Part shown: piece by piece, positions 28,412 through 42,241 of the stretch
Position numbering within the stretch: the first letter of the stretch is position 1
How the letters are laid out: each line of letters opens with the position of its first letter
NCBI GenBank assembly: GCA_002633005.1
Contig: NMRA01000211.1
Span: forward strand, 60,816-124,815
Direction: 5' to 3'
DNA length: 64,000 bases
Origin: Phoronis australis
Taxonomy: Eukaryota; Animalia; Phoronida
Made by a program: the position numbers and the translations under genes
The notes under the pieces: model-generated
Databases searched by the model: none
The model's input: only the letters and a program-made list of their open reading frames with translations
Told to the model about the DNA's origin: nothing

Positions 28412-31400
28412 TTATTTAAGTTCCCAAAATTTGACCGTTCGATGCGTTTTTTCTACGTGACAAATTTCGTCGTTCGGCATTTTTTCACCATCGCTGTAAC
28501 ATGTGTTATCGTGTATACAGGGCTCTGAAAATTCGAAATCGTTATTAAATCATGTGATAATGACAACTATTTAAATGTTTTCTTGAGGCAGTGCTTCAAC
28601 GAAACATAGTTACAATAATATTGTGAAATTTAAACACAGCACATACGCACATGCAAAAGCACACGGACGATTCACGACAGTGGGTTTAGGCAGTTTATTC
28701 AATACCCTAGTCGAGGCTTGTAGATTATTCCCTGAATGATTCTTAGATTGACATCATCCTGCCAAGCGCAATCGTTTCTGTAAGATTGCATTGGGTTTCA
28801 GTAGACTTCCCCTCTGCCCATTACGTGCATCAGTAAAGAGGAATGGTCGCTTCAAAATAATGGGCCAACATTTGTGTATGTGCATATCAATGAGAAATAA
28901 CAGTAAGAACCTTGGGGACATTTCTTCTCTTTTTCGTTGCATGTGATTAATCCAGCGCGGCAATAGCACGTGTTGCAACTGTAAAAGTCGTGAAAGGAAG
29001 CGCCATCTTTGAACGTCCGCTGACATTCCTGAATTTGACACTCGGTGGCGAGTCTGTTCCTCTTCTTGTCATCAACATTGCACATGGTGCCATCTGGTGC
29101 TTGTTCCCCGTCATTGTAACATATGTCGTGAAAGAGACACGGCTCTGAAATGAGAAAAGCTTTTTGTGATTTAGTGACCAGACAAGTTGTAAGTGAAACT
29201 TCAGATGAGAGGCAAGTACTGTGACAATTTACGTAGGCAAACATATTTCGCCGTGGTTTCGTAAATGAGGTCGTGCATATATTACAACTATTCACCAGTA
29301 AATTGGAGAAAAATGATACGCCGAGACCTGTGGTCAACTTCGGCAACCCAACAGAGTATGCATCAATTCAGGTGACTAATGGAGATATTTCGGAAAATGC
29401 CGCACGCTGGTGACGAACAGGGAACTGTCAAACTTTAATGTAGCTCGTGCGCAAGAAAACTTTTTTTCCATTTTGATTAACAGGCTATGACCCTGACGTC
29501 ATCTCACCTTGAGGACACATGACTTTGGAGCAGAGGATTCTCCCCTTATGACACAGGCATTGGTTGCAGCTGAAGAAGTCCTTGAACACCTCACCCTCGT
29601 GAAACATGCGCCCGCACTCCTTGATTACACACCCTTCGGCCTTGACAGTCATGGAAATCTCGATCTGGCAGACGTCTCCATTTGCCATCACTTCCGCGTG
29701 GGAGTAGCAAACACTGAGGTGCATACACGGTTCTGTTGAGTCAAAAGTACATTTGGAACTTTCTTTTGAACTTATAAGTTGAAAAATGAACAGAAGAACC
29801 TCAAACAAAAATATCTTGTTTTTTTCTCATTTCTGTAGTTTGTTTGAAATATGAACCTTGGCTAGTAGAAGAGTAGACTTGTTTTGAAAATACCTCTGTC
29901 AGTGGTTTTTAGTAAATGACTAGTTACTTCATTACATGTAAACTGCCACTACTAGCGGTTACAAGCATATTCGTTTGTGGACTAATTGTACAGGGGTATA
30001 TGACATAGCATTGCCTGAATGTAAGCGTTGGAGAATATCGGCTATTTTAACAATTCCGCCCTCCGTGTCGTCGCCAAGTTTTCCAGCACCCCATTCCTGT
30101 TTGTATTTCCATATCTTTATTGCATGCTTGAATTTCAGGGAGAGGAGGCAGTTGCTCCCCCCGGCCCCTGCCTAATACGTTTATGACTTTCGTAGGAAAA
30201 TTTAATTTCTATGATGCGATCCAAAGCATAAGCATCTACATTACGTACCTCGAGGACACTTGCGCCTCGTGCATAATACCTGTCCATCCTCACATTTACA
30301 CATGTTACAACTGTAAAAGTCGCGGAAGGACTCCCCATGCTTGAACGTGCGCTTACACTCGTTCATCTCACAGCCATCATGCACGATAACATAGTCAATT
30401 GTTTCTTCATTTGAAGGGACAATTGGAAGAAGTCCTGCCCTCGTTGTTGTCGGTTGTCTGATGGAGCACATCTCACCATTGTGCATCAGCTCGCCAAACG
30501 TGTAGCAAATACTGTCCATCATGCATGGATCTGAAAATGTGGCCAGATTCTGCAAAGTGGAATGCTGGATATCTGCTTACTCTGCAAGTGTGGCATCCAG
30601 GTCAATGAAATTTGAACACCACACGTGCACGAATAGAAGTGACTGTGTGGAAGTCTACCACAAATTTTAGCAGCTCGTCCTTAGTGAACTGGTTGATGGA
30701 GAAGTTAGAGATAGACGTTCGAACGCAAGTTTTTGAGTATTTGTATCTTTATTAACATCTTGTTTTGTGCTTTTGTGTAAAAGCCTTGGACGCCTTTCGT
30801 ATAAAATGAAGTGAACACAAGATGTTACTGACAGGGAGACTCCAAATACACAAGACCCTCGGTCAAAATAAATGACGCTTTGTTGTTTGTGGCTGCCAGT
30901 AAACTATTTGATCCTCCAGTTCTACTTTAGGGCTGAATGTTTCATATATTTATTATAATTGATAAACAATTACAAAAAAAAGCAAGTACATCCATTCATT
31001 CAAGCAAGCACACCTCAGCAGAGACCTTTCTCGTATCTCGTACAAAGTAAACAACTGCTAAATGGAGTTAACGCGAAAAATAAAAGTTTCCAATTTCCCA
31101 GAGAATCTGTCATGTATGTAATTAATTTTTTTCGGCATTATGGTACTCATACGTATATGTAACAAAGTTCTGCACATTAGGTATATTTTTGTGACACAGA
31201 TGATTGCCCTCATGGTTACCTTGTCAACCGATAGTTACAGCCGGAGCTGGCGATAACTTTTATCTTCGTACAGAAACCTAACTAGTTCAGACTTAAATAC
31301 CAATAATAATACGGCTTTCCTTTTAAAGCTCTTTAATATTTTACTGTTGCAATAAAGTTAAAATCATCCCTATTAGCATCGTAATTCACCTGGCCACATG

Positions 31401-31849
31401 TTAAACACGTCTGTTGACAGTCATGTTTTCCTCGGCCAAGGTCACAACATTTTTTTGGTCTAGTGGCCTATAATTTACATAATTTTAAGACAAACAACTA
31501 AAACAGAGATAAATGAATATCCGACTTTGTAATGTCCAGTGTATTATTGAGACGTAACTGGTTCCATTCAATATGGTTTATTTTATCAATCAAGAAGTAA
31601 ATCGGCTGAGCTCTCCCTTTGCAAGGCCATCACATGTACGTCTTCGGCGTCCACAGGCGACGCATTGCCTATGATTAGACCACTTACCTTGCGGACAATA
31701 CATTTTTGTGCACTTCACCTTTCCATTGCGACACTGACACGTATTGCAACTGTAGAAGTCTACAAATGACACGCCGCTCGCAAAACTCCGTTTGCAGTCC
31801 GAGATTTCACAGTGCCGCCCTCTTTGTAGGGTTGATCTGAGCAGAGCCA
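28412..31849 (-). CDS. Cys-rich repeat protein with four pacifastin/VWC-like modules (5' exons not identified)
   Basis: Symmetric phase-1 exons 31849-31688, 30530-30249, 29732-29508 and 29144-28911, and terminal exon 28524-28412 (TAA); all GT-AG. Repeat: PCxxxxxCYxxGExxxNGxxC...CxIxECxRxFxxGxxFxDFYSCNxCxCxxGxxxCxxxxCP. Confidence 0.8.
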
Positions 31850-33483
31850 CTAGAGCAGAAAAGTTAGAGTCTTGAAGTTGAATTTTACAGTATCAACAGT
31901 TCGCATTGTCCGTGACACGGGAAGTCACCTTTTGCAATGACAGAGGAGAAATTGTTGCGTATATTTTGCATTACTCCCATCTCTTGTCTCATCTAATTTT
32001 CCATTCCCTGGGTCGTCAGCCGTTCACAGTGGGTGCGGGCTTACAATCCCGGATGTGCACGAAAGTAGACATCTACATGTATGCGCAACCTTCATGCCAC
32101 GAGAAGGTTAGAGGTATAAAAAATCACTCTGGTGAAGAACCTTCAACTTACCACTGAAAATGAAGTCGGTGAAGTAACGTTGTGTTGGCAATAGACATAA
32201 ATCCAGGAAAATGCATTAAAACAGGTACTTGTCAATTAAGACAGTTATACCATGAACCCGCATTTATGTTCGACATATGCTCCGGCGGTGAAAATGGCGT
32301 TTCACAAGCCCTGGTGGCACAGATGAAAAAGTGATAAGTATGAATTAATGCCGTAGTTTCTTATCTAAAAAAAATGAGCAGATAACTTCAATGCACCACT
32401 CTTGAGCAGCACCTGCAAGAAACAATCCCAAATATTTAGTCAACTAATTTTTCTGTATTTCCTCCAAGTTTACAGATTTGTGAAAACACCCATCGCCCTT
32501 TTTATTCTTCATTAGTATGCCATTCTTTGGCTTAGATACTATGAATTCTCAACATTAAAGGAAAAAAGTAGGGATCACTTCATGCATCGCACCTAATTTA
32601 AGGACTACTTTCTTATACATTTTCATTGATATAATTTATGAGTTTTTAGTATAATTATTAAACAATGTCAATAGTCAAAAAGGCTCCCTTAATAAATATA
32701 ACATTATAGAAAAAGATCACATCTGTGAGCAAAGAACAATACATTAGGGAGCTTAGTTGAGCCCCTATTTACAAGCAGGCACTTAACTCTTCCTCTATAA
32801 AGCGCTACTCTTAGCAAAGCAAAACCCAACTGAGCTGATTGGTTTGAGATGTTGCTCGAATATGGAATTTTCGGCTCAACAAGTCATGGGCAGGTAGAAA
32901 ATGGTGGAATGGTTTGGAAAAAGTGATCACAAAAACTAGAAATAGACAGACATGTAAACAGTGAATATGCGAGCACTTTCAGTGCACGGTATATGAAATT
33001 CGTAAAACTGCATTGAAGGAAAACAGCCTTATCTGACTACTAGAAAACTGGCAACTCCAAATATGACGACTACCTATAAAGAGCAAACTGTAGTTTAGCA
33101 ACGACATCCTTTCGCGAGTCCACAGTGGTTATCCATCGCTGTCTGTCTCCATCTCAATTCATTATTGCATTCAAGTTTAAAGGTAAAATCATAGGTGTTT
33201 GTCAAAATGATTTAGATTTAAAAACGTGACTCCCGTGTCACGGGGCCAGTCTGAAAAGCGACGTTTGCTTGCAGCACGCGAAGACGCAACATGTGAAACA
33301 CGTGTTTTGTATGAAGAAATACGAAACATTGACTTTGAATAGGTTTCAATCTATTTGACACGGAGTAGCCTACGTACTCTATATATCTAATACTGACGTC
33401 ATTGAATAAATTGTCTCATTTGAATTCATCAGCATGAAAATTCGATACCCTCACTTTCTGAAGCTCTTACACGCAATATTTTC

Positions 33484-34014
33484 ACAAATCGTACCGAGAG
33501 TGGCGTACATGAAGTAATATCCCACGAGACATTATTCCGCGTATCGACCGAGACCGAATTATCCCATGCGTTTCGAATTCCTAAGTTTCTTTCATTTTTC
33601 GACAGATTTTTAAATACTTTACTCAGACTGTTCACATGGCGATCACATCCTATGTGTATGTACTTGCGTGTTAGGTGACAAGTTTTCTCTTGTAAAAGAA
33701 GCAGTTTTAAAAGTAACGATTTATTTCTTGAAAAAAGGTAACAAAGATGAAAACAACGGCAACTGCCCAGTGAACTTGTAACATCTCCTGGAAATAGTTA
33801 AATAACAACAATAGTTGGTATTGTAATTTCCTAGGAATTGGAGGCTGAGTTGCAGACGTTGAAGTAGTGCGGGAGGAGAATACGGAAAACTTTAGTACAT
33901 GGCCGTATTTCGACATTATTCCGCGTACTGACCTCTACCTTCGGTCTCGGTCGATACGCGTAATAATGTCTCGTGGGATATTACTTCATGTACGCCACTC
34001 TCGGTACGTTTTGT
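33484..34014. mobile_element. MITE with ~75-bp TIRs (duplicate at 34827-35356)
   Basis: acaaatcgtaccgagagtggcgtacatgaagtaatatcccacgagacatta...gagaccgaa is matched in reverse complement at 33940-34014. Confidence 0.8.
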
Positions 34015-36029
34015 TAAAAGTGATGTTCTGTGTTGAATCCTGATCGCTGGCTACGCATGATACATTAGCTCGTATTCTCTTAAAATAATAAATTCTATTG
34101 ATCGATTTGAAAATGAATTTTTAATACACAAATAGTGAAAATACAAAATTTAAGAATATGTGAAGGAAGATAACCTGACAGGCCGAGTCACAAGCGCTTA
34201 TTATCAAAGTCGAATTTTTTTGTTTATCTTTAGCTTCTTTTGCCAGATCAAGACCAATCACCGCAATCACCGATTTGCACCTTTCAAATGATCCAAGCAT
34301 ATCAGTATTTCTACTTAGTTGGATGAAACCCTTCAAGAATTTAGTAGCTTTTAGGTTAGTAGGTGGCCGCCCTCTTGTTCACCCAGAAAAAAATTTAATG
34401 ATCATGGTCCCGGAATTCACCAATATCTGACGATAAATACACAATGATTTACACAGATAAAACCCAGAGAAATATAAAAACAATTCTGAAAAACTAGAAC
34501 AAAGTGTGTAAGAGTAAGCCATAGTGAAGAATCAATCATTATCGCACGTTATTCATTAAATCGTGACAGAAAACGACTCAAGAATTAAGCAATCTGGTTT
34601 CTGGGCACCTGATGGGCGATAACCTGATCACCCAAGGTGGGCGCCNTGTATGAAGAAATACGAAACATTGACTTTGAATAGGTTTCAATCTATTTGACAC
34701 GGAGTAGCCTACGTACTCTATACATCTAATACTGACGTCATTGAATAAATTGTCTCATTTGAATTCATCAGCATGAAAATTCGATACCCTCACTTTCTGA
34801 AGCTCTTACACTTACGCAATATTTTCACAAATCGTACCGAGAGTGGCGTACATGAAGTAATATCCCACGAGACATTAGTCCGCGTATCGACCGAGACCGA
34901 ATTATCCCATGCGTTTCGAATTCCTAAGTTTGTTTCATTTTTCGGCAGATTTTTAAATACTTTACTCAGACTGTTCACATGGCGATCACATCCTATATGT
35001 ATGTACTTGCGTGTTAGGTGACAAGTTTTCTCTTGTAAAAGAAGCAGTTTTAAAAGTAACGATTTATTTCTTGAAAAAGGTAACAAAGATGAAAACAACG
35101 ACAACTGCCCAGTGAACTTGTAACATCTCCTGGAAATAGTGAAATAACAACAATAGTTGGTATTGTAATTTCCTAGGAATTGGAGGCTGAGTTGCAGACG
35201 TTGAAGTAGTGCGGGAGGTGAATACGGAAAACTTTAGTAAATGGCCGTATTTCGACATTATTCCGCGTATTGACCTCTACCTTCGGTCTCGGTCGATACG
35301 CGTAATAATGTCTCGTGGGATATTACTTCATGTACGCCACTCTCGGTACGTTTTGTATATATATGTTCATGTTTATTTAAAAGTGATGTTCTGTGTTGAA
35401 TCCTGATAGCTGGCTACGCATGATACATCAGCTCGTATTCTCTTAAAATAATAAATTCTCATTGATCGATTTGAAAATGAATTTTTAATACACAAATAGT
35501 GAAAATACAAAATTTAAGAATATGTGAAGGAAGATAACCTGACAGGCCGAGTCACAAGCGCTTATTATCAAAGTCAAATTTTTTTGTTTATCTTTAGCTT
35601 CTTTTGCCAGATGAAGACCAATCACCGCAATCACCGATTTGCACCTTTCAAATGATCCAAGCATATCAGTATTTCTACTTAGTTGGATGAAACCCTTCAA
35701 GAATTTAGTAGCTTTTAGGTTAGTAGGTGGCCGCCCTCTTGTTCACCCAGAATAAAAATTCAATGATCATGGTCCCGGAATTCACCAATATCTGACGATA
35801 AATACACAATGATTTACACAGATAAAACCCAGAGAAATATAAAAACAATTCTGAAAAACTAGAACAAAGTGTGTAAGAGTAAGCCATAGTGAAGAATCAA
35901 TCGTTATCGCACGTTATTCATTGAATCGTGACAGAAAACGACTCAAGAATTAAGCAATCTGGTTTCTGGGCACCTGATGGGCGATAACCTGATCACCCAA
36001 GGTGGGCGCCGGGGGGGGGGTCGTTATCC

Positions 36030-36155
36030 AAACATAACACCCTCGTCTTGAACTATTATGTTCACTCTTCAAAAAGGCACAACGCGATGTTATGGTGACT
36101 GGCCGTGCCTGATACTTCAGTATATTTCTTAAATAAATTCAAGGCTCAATGCTTT
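36030..36155 (+). mobile_element. Remnant of a Dada 3' region with a degenerate copy of the structured motif
   Basis: ttgaactattatgttcac...aggcacaacgcgatgttatggtgactggccgtgcctg matches 48890-48966 except for loss of the GGATCGAATCC hairpin. Confidence 0.75.
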
Positions 36156-36158
36156 CTA

Positions 36159-37378
36159 CGGTGGCCCGAAAGTATCATCGCTACTTCAGTTTATTAATTT
36201 TTTTATTTTTCCTTTTCCACCTAGGATGAAATATTTCAACCTAGGTGGAAATTATTTCAACCTAGGTGGAAATTATTTCAACCTAGGTGGAAATTATTTT
36301 CACCCGGGTGGAAATTATTTTCATGCTTGTACGTCGTTTGGTTAACGTGGCGTCATCTACTTGCGCTAGGAACAAGTCATGTGTCAAGCCATAGCTGCAC
36401 ACCCTTTTGTAGCACTCTAAAAACAATGCTCTTTGTTTTGTTTATTCATGTCAATCGGTTAGATCATTCTGCCACCACATGTTTGCAGACATATGTGTTA
36501 AAGTGTTAGCATGTACAGGACAATATGTGCAAGGAATTTCGCTTGACCTTGAATGGTTTCCTTTTTAGCAATTGATGTCGGCAATTATCAATTTGAGTCC
36601 CTTTAAGTTGTTTAGCTTCTGTCATCTGTTGCTAGTTGTGTAACTTTAAGTCTTTGAAACCTGTCAGCACGGGAAGGGTGAGGCTTTTGGACAACAACAA
36701 TAATATGTCATTTATTTATCGGAACTACACCATACACTATATTTGTTAATGGCTTGGGTTCGTTGCTGAAATCCGGCAACTTTATTCAGAGAGTTGTTTT
36801 GGAACTAGGAGTAAAACGTAATCACACTGTCTCTGTTAAAGTCCGCGGCAAATCCAAGAGGCAGATAAGGCGCCGACATTGCAACCTAATCTGAACTTTG
36901 TTGAACAAAATGGCTGGCCCAATCGACCTTCACCTACAAGACTTCATCCAATCACAACACAGATGAAAATAGGTGCCCGGATGTATAACATTTTCACCCA
37001 GGTGAAAATAATTTCCACCCGGGTGAACATAATTTCCACCTAGGTTGAAAAAGTTTCCACCCGGGTGAAAATAATTTCCACCTAGGTTGAAATAGTTTCC
37101 ACCCGGGTGAAAATAATTTCCACCCGGGTGAAAATAATTTCCACCTAGGTTGAAATAATTTCCACCCGGGTGAAAATAACTTCCACCTAGGTTGAAATAG
37201 TTTCCACCTAGGTTGAAATAGTTTCCACCCGGGTGAAAATAATTTCCACCTAAGTTGAAATATTTTCCACCCTGGTGAAAACAATTTCCACCTAGGTTGA
37301 AATATTTCATCCTAGGTGGAAAAGGAAAAATAAAAAAAATTAATAAACTAAAATAGCGATGATACTTTCGGGCCACTG
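36159..37378. mobile_element. Non-autonomous TIR element with sub-terminal 21-bp minisatellite
   Basis: TIR C(G/A)GTGGCCCGAAAGTATCATCGCTA extends >150 bp and is flanked by TA. The 21-mer aattatttcaacctaggtgga is repeated at 36231-36323 and inverted at 36965-37320. Confidence 0.8.
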
Positions 37379-37380
37379 TA

Positions 37381-37939
37381 GCTTTCACACCCTGCTGAAT
37401 AACCAAGTAACCTTTGTAAATACTTGTGTGGTTGATCAAGCTATTGCTTTCAGGTAACTTCTTGTTAAACTTTCGTGGGCACTGATTCTTTTGGTAGTGG
37501 ACGTTCCACTCTCCTATTTGTGTCTGTGCCGTAACCGTGATGGCTGTTCACTACATGTTTTGCACTGATTCATGCTGTTCTGTTTCGATTGTGCGCAGTA
37601 TACTACATATTATTTGACTTTAACTAAGTATTAAGATTGTTTTTGAGGGTTCAAGGTGATTTCTCATTTTTGTGATACTTTTCGTATTGAGTGCATGATT
37701 TAGTTTGCTTGCTGAAGTACGGTAACTTTTATGTTTGTTGTACTTTAAAGCCAGACTTTTATAGGCAGATCATAAGCTGTAAAAATCAATCAACTAAGGT
37801 AGTACATTAGACATTTATTTATAACATCAGAGTAAAAAATGATTTTCAAAATATATAATCTTGCCTTGGCCCTGCCTTGATCACTTGGATGCAGCAAAAC
37901 CTTCAGACGAGGGCACCCAAGCGTGACCCATATGTACTT
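37381..37939 (+). mobile_element. 3' remnant of a family-2-like Dada element
   Basis: Aligns with 61287-61450 and 61860-62028; ends in the sub-terminal motif CCCATATGTACTT fused directly to the next element's left end. Confidence 0.8.
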
Positions 37940-38333
37940 GCTGTTGCACAGCCAAATGACCGGCCAATCGTTGAGCCCTGTTAAGCAAGGCTTTTCCTCA
38001 ACAGACCAATCACAACGCTCTGTTGAGCACAGCTTTTCCTCAACAGGGCTCAACCATTGGCCGATCACATGACGTCAAGACTTAAAATGGCGGCTTCCTG
38101 TCACCAAGTCCTTGCTTCAAAACTTTGAAGTCGAATAGCGTCGAAAATACGTAAGTAAGGACGTCAATTTTTGTGCAGATGTGGGAAAACCAAGTGTAGA
38201 ACAAGTGTGTGAACTTTAACTTTAGTCGTTGCCGCCAGATTTTGAGTTATTTAACAAAGTTGTGCCTCTTCCGGTGAATTAGTTCATTGCCATGGATTGG
38301 ATACACCGGCTGACCGGCTTGGCCGTAAATTAA

Positions 38334-40168
38334 AGTCCTTCTTGCAAACTGCCCATGTGGTTCCAGTATCCGAAAATACTTACTACATAAATTCTTAATT
38401 TCGACACCCTTTCTTTAAATTCTTTTCGCCTTTCTTGCCAAAAGCGATTTTTTAACAGTATTTGACCCTTCTCTCTGAGCGTATGATTACCGGTTGTCAT
38501 CGGTTATTTCCGTACCCACATTTACGGCTCATCAGCTCAGGAACTTGTCCTGAACGCCACCATTTTTTTCTTGTAACTGAATGTGCTATGGCTTGCTCGA
38601 AAAGTCTTCATTATTTTGTTTTATTAGTAATATATCGTGATTCGTTTGCATATGTAGTGTATTTATAGTTTGTAGTTAGTGGTCGTTGATTTTTTTTGGA
38701 ATTTTACGCGTACTTAGTATGTTAAAATAGCATTGGTATTTAGTTCCTTACGTAGGCCGGTCGAACCTAGGAACCAATATGGGTCGAACCAATTTTTTTT
38801 CGGTTTTATTTTTTTCCTCGTTTTGAAAAAGTACTTTGCTATCATCGGAAAGGTTTAGTACATTCTACTCAGTAAAAATCGAAAAAAGTATCAAAATCGG
38901 GGCAAGCACTGTAAAGTTATTGCAAGTTTTGTGGCGAAATTTGGGTCACTTTGTTTGGATCGCGTCGGCCATATTGGAGGACAGCGGGATGAGTTACGAG
39001 TTTAAAACTTTGTGTAAATTGTTTTCGCCAACAAATTACGGTGAAATTTAGTTAGACATATCTTTACTTACTATTCTGCACGATTTAGCAGTGTTCACCA
39101 AATTTCAGCCTCGCAGTTGTTACTCATTAAGTGATAAATGTGCTCACAATTCCCGTTGGACTTCGTCTCATTTCTGGCGGCACCTACAATGTCGACTTTT
39201 GCTGAACTGAAAGGCATGTTCAATCGGCTACTTTGTAATTTGTGAAGATTTAACGTTGATACATTTTGACAAACGTTGCTACAAAAAAGAAACTTTGTTC
39301 AATTTTCGTGTTTTTTGTGTTTGTGGCCAGCGACCAGTTAGGCCTAAGGGTAGTCTTGGCGCAAAGCTGGCGTGCGTTCAGTAGACGCTAGGACCTACGC
39401 TAGGACCTTGCAAAATCCTAGTCAAAGTCACATGTTCTCATTTAAAATACACGGCAATATCTCACGTAATCTCGCGAAGTCTTGCTTCTTAGCGAGGTCC
39501 TAGCGCTACTGAACGGGAGGCTGTAAAGGCCTACTAACAAGCTGTATTTTGACTATAGTCTTCACTGGTAGCTGGTGACTGAGGCTAACTAAGGTCTGCC
39601 GCGGCAGTGTGACACAGGACTAACCAGCCCGTAATTTCATGCAAGTGTCTGAAACTACCCTTGAATATATGCAGCATTTATCATTTGACCATTTTACTTC
39701 GACAAAACAGCTTGCAACCGCATGCATTTACCGTTCGCCAGTGTCTGGTCTCGATCCGCACCGGGTCCGATAGGCTGCGGTCCCGAGTCTGGCAAAATAA
39801 TTTCTGTCAAAATTTATTCGCCACATTTCTTCAGCAAATTCCATAAAATTGTCCGTAGTTTGATTTTATCAAAATTAAGGCGGGCTGTCGATTTTTTTAT
39901 CCCCGTTTGCTGGCTGGTAACAGTACAGGCACTGCTCCAGTCGCACTGACGGCGTTTTCTCGGCCTGGGTTCCTGAATGAATTGTACTTCCTGGTTCGCG
40001 GCAAGTTCAAAATGGCGGTGTTTCTTTGGGTGCGAATCGTGAGTGGCGCGTTCATTTAAACTGTTTTCGAGTACGGATCGTGCATTAGCTATGGGGTAGG
40101 TACTTCTTGGATCCTTATAACATCTTCTAACCATGTAATAAAGGTTACCAACGCGTGAGAGAAGGACT
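38334..40168. mobile_element. Non-autonomous Kolobok-like element nested in the first intron of Dada copy A
   Basis: TTAA|AGTCCTTCT...AGAAGGACT|TTAA. The empty site (single TTAA, taaattaaaattgcaaat) is visible in copy B at ~49691-49708. Confidence 0.8.
39370..39520. mobile_element. 151-bp Harbinger-like MITE
   Basis: Imperfect TIR (CGTTCAGTAG/CTACTGAACG), CTG duplication; inverted sister copy at 41776-41926. Confidence 0.75.
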
Positions 40169-41775
40169 TTAAAATTGCAAATATTAGCGAAAGTACGCAA
40201 AGTTGGATTCCTTCATTTGAGTGATCGTGAGTGAGATGGGGTCAGCTAGGTTAACTGAGCGTAGTCAGTTTTGTCTTCATTTCCTCAAATTTGGTGAAAT
40301 TAGACGGTTTCCGCTCACTTCCGGTTTCAGTGCCGAATTGTCAAGACATTTTTGATAGGCCTACGAATTGAAAACTGTTTGTTATATGGTTTGATGTGCA
40401 CCTTATTTCAATTCACACAGGATACTCGTTCGTCGTGTTCCCGCGTGAAGTAAGTAATTCCTACTACATATATATTTGCAAGTTCCTTGATATACAACAC
40501 TATGGAATACAACTGACTAAAATAGTCTTGTTTATCAAGGATTGATCTCAGGCTTCATTTTCGGAGCGCTCCATGCGCTCAGGGCGCATTCAAAGATTTT
40601 TAATCTGCGAATTCAGTTTCCTTAGCAAGAAAGTGTAAATATTTTACTACAATTTTTACCCATTGTAGCTGTAATGGTCCATTTTTCCCACGGCGTGTGA
40701 TTTTGTAAAACGATCTTAGAGTTTTTAATACTTTCCCTGATTCTCGCTAATTATTATTTCCTAAACCGATTTTGAAAATTTCCCTTTTTCCGAATCTTAT
40801 GAACTGAATTTCATGGAAAAAACAAGGTTTCCAATTTCTGTGTTTTCTTTTAGTGTACATTTTTGTAAGACTTTTCTGAAAGATGTGTTTGATGATGTAG
40901 GAACGCTATTCCACACAGGACACCTTTTTCTCCAGGATCATCGCCTTCGGTCATACAGGTGGGCGTCGATTATTTTAACTTATTACGTACCACAACAAAT
41001 GATAATGCCTTACTGGGAATATACCCAACAGAGTATTTTTACCCATTCGAGTATTTCTGACATATTCTTGAAGGAAATTCAGTACAAGCGAAAAAAAAAC
41101 ACTCAGATCGGAGTGACGTCGAAGAGCCCTTCACCGCGACGGGCCTAAGGTCGGGCGACGCCGAGGCCAGGAAATGAAATTCAGAAATATTTTAATCTTA
41201 TGAATCAATTATAAGTATATATTCTACAGAATGTCACTTTTTTAATCAGCTTTTTACCGAGGACTCCCCGGTCCGGATGCACTCCACGGCAGTCAGGGGC
41301 ACGATCCTACTTAGCTAACGGGATTCCTCCCCGCAAGTAGAGAGAGAGAGAGACAGAGAGCGCGAGACAGAGGGTGACGGGTTTATTAACATAAGTAATA
41401 TTAGCTCATAATACAGTTTACAGAGTACAATAAAACAAACAAAAGCATGATCACAACCGGCAAAGTAGTAGGCCATATGTGCACAAGCCTACTGACCGGC
41501 GACTGATTTGAAGTAAATCTAATTACAATTCATTTACCAATGTCTAACATAACAATGGCAATTGACTAAAATCATTACATTATCACACACGTAGTGAATT
41601 TATATTTTTAGGCTTATATTACAACTGTGCTTTGCCGTTTTCGTTTGGGAAGAAATTTCACAGGGGAAGAAATTTCATGCCTTAGACGTGAAATAACTTC
41701 CCGTCAATACCGCGCATGCGCAAAAGGGTCAGAATGGGAAGAAATTTCACGGGGAAGAAATTTCACGCGACACCG

Positions 41776-41926
41776 CCTCCCGTTCAGTAACGTTAGGACC
41801 TAGCTTAAAAGCAAGACTTTGCGAGATTACGCGAGATATTGCCATGTATTTTAAATAAGAGCACGTGACCTTGACTAGATTTTGGCTAGGTTCTAGCGTA
41901 GGTCCTAGCGTCTACTGAACGCACGC
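41776..41926. mobile_element. 151-bp Harbinger-like MITE (inverted sister of 39370-39520)
   Basis: Reverse-complement similarity, same length, CCG duplication. It is part of a larger insertion (~40337-41926) absent from copy B. Confidence 0.75.
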
Positions 41927-42241
41927 CCGGCTGCGTCGACGGACGCTTTTTATGCAGTTTTAAACTAGCGAGATGTCGGCTAATTCTTTTTAAGACACTC
42001 GCTTATGGGTTGGCACCGATCCATCATTATGTCTGTGATCAAGCAACACCAACAGCACCAAAGTTGGATTCCCCAAAACACAAAATCCTTTCGTAAACGT
42101 TGGCACTGTTTACTCACTTATCAGCGATCAGCTGATTTCTGTTATGTACAATGTCGATGGTTTTTGTGTGTTACAATTATTTAAGTACTAAGTTGACGAG
42201 TTTTGTTAAAGTACAGTATCGTGCTATTGTTGCAGGTCAGG

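Noticed and set aside
31927-32413. Candidate upstream exons of the Cys-rich gene
   Set aside because: Splice-like signals exist, but I could not assemble an open, phase-compatible signal-peptide exon.
33308-36010. 1.35-kb tandem duplication
   Set aside because: The copies abut a single N (34646); most likely two haplotypes or overlapping contigs left unmerged.
36231-37320. 21-bp repeat array giving GGNYFHP / WKLFSPG periodic ORFs; superficially CRISPR-like
   Set aside because: No spacers; it is a minisatellite within the inverted arms of a TIR element, and the ORFs are by-products.
41259-41336. Possible HDV-like ribozyme (TGC-ACTCCACG-GCA ... CTAA-CGGGA)
   Set aside because: No convincing P1 helix could be built by hand.
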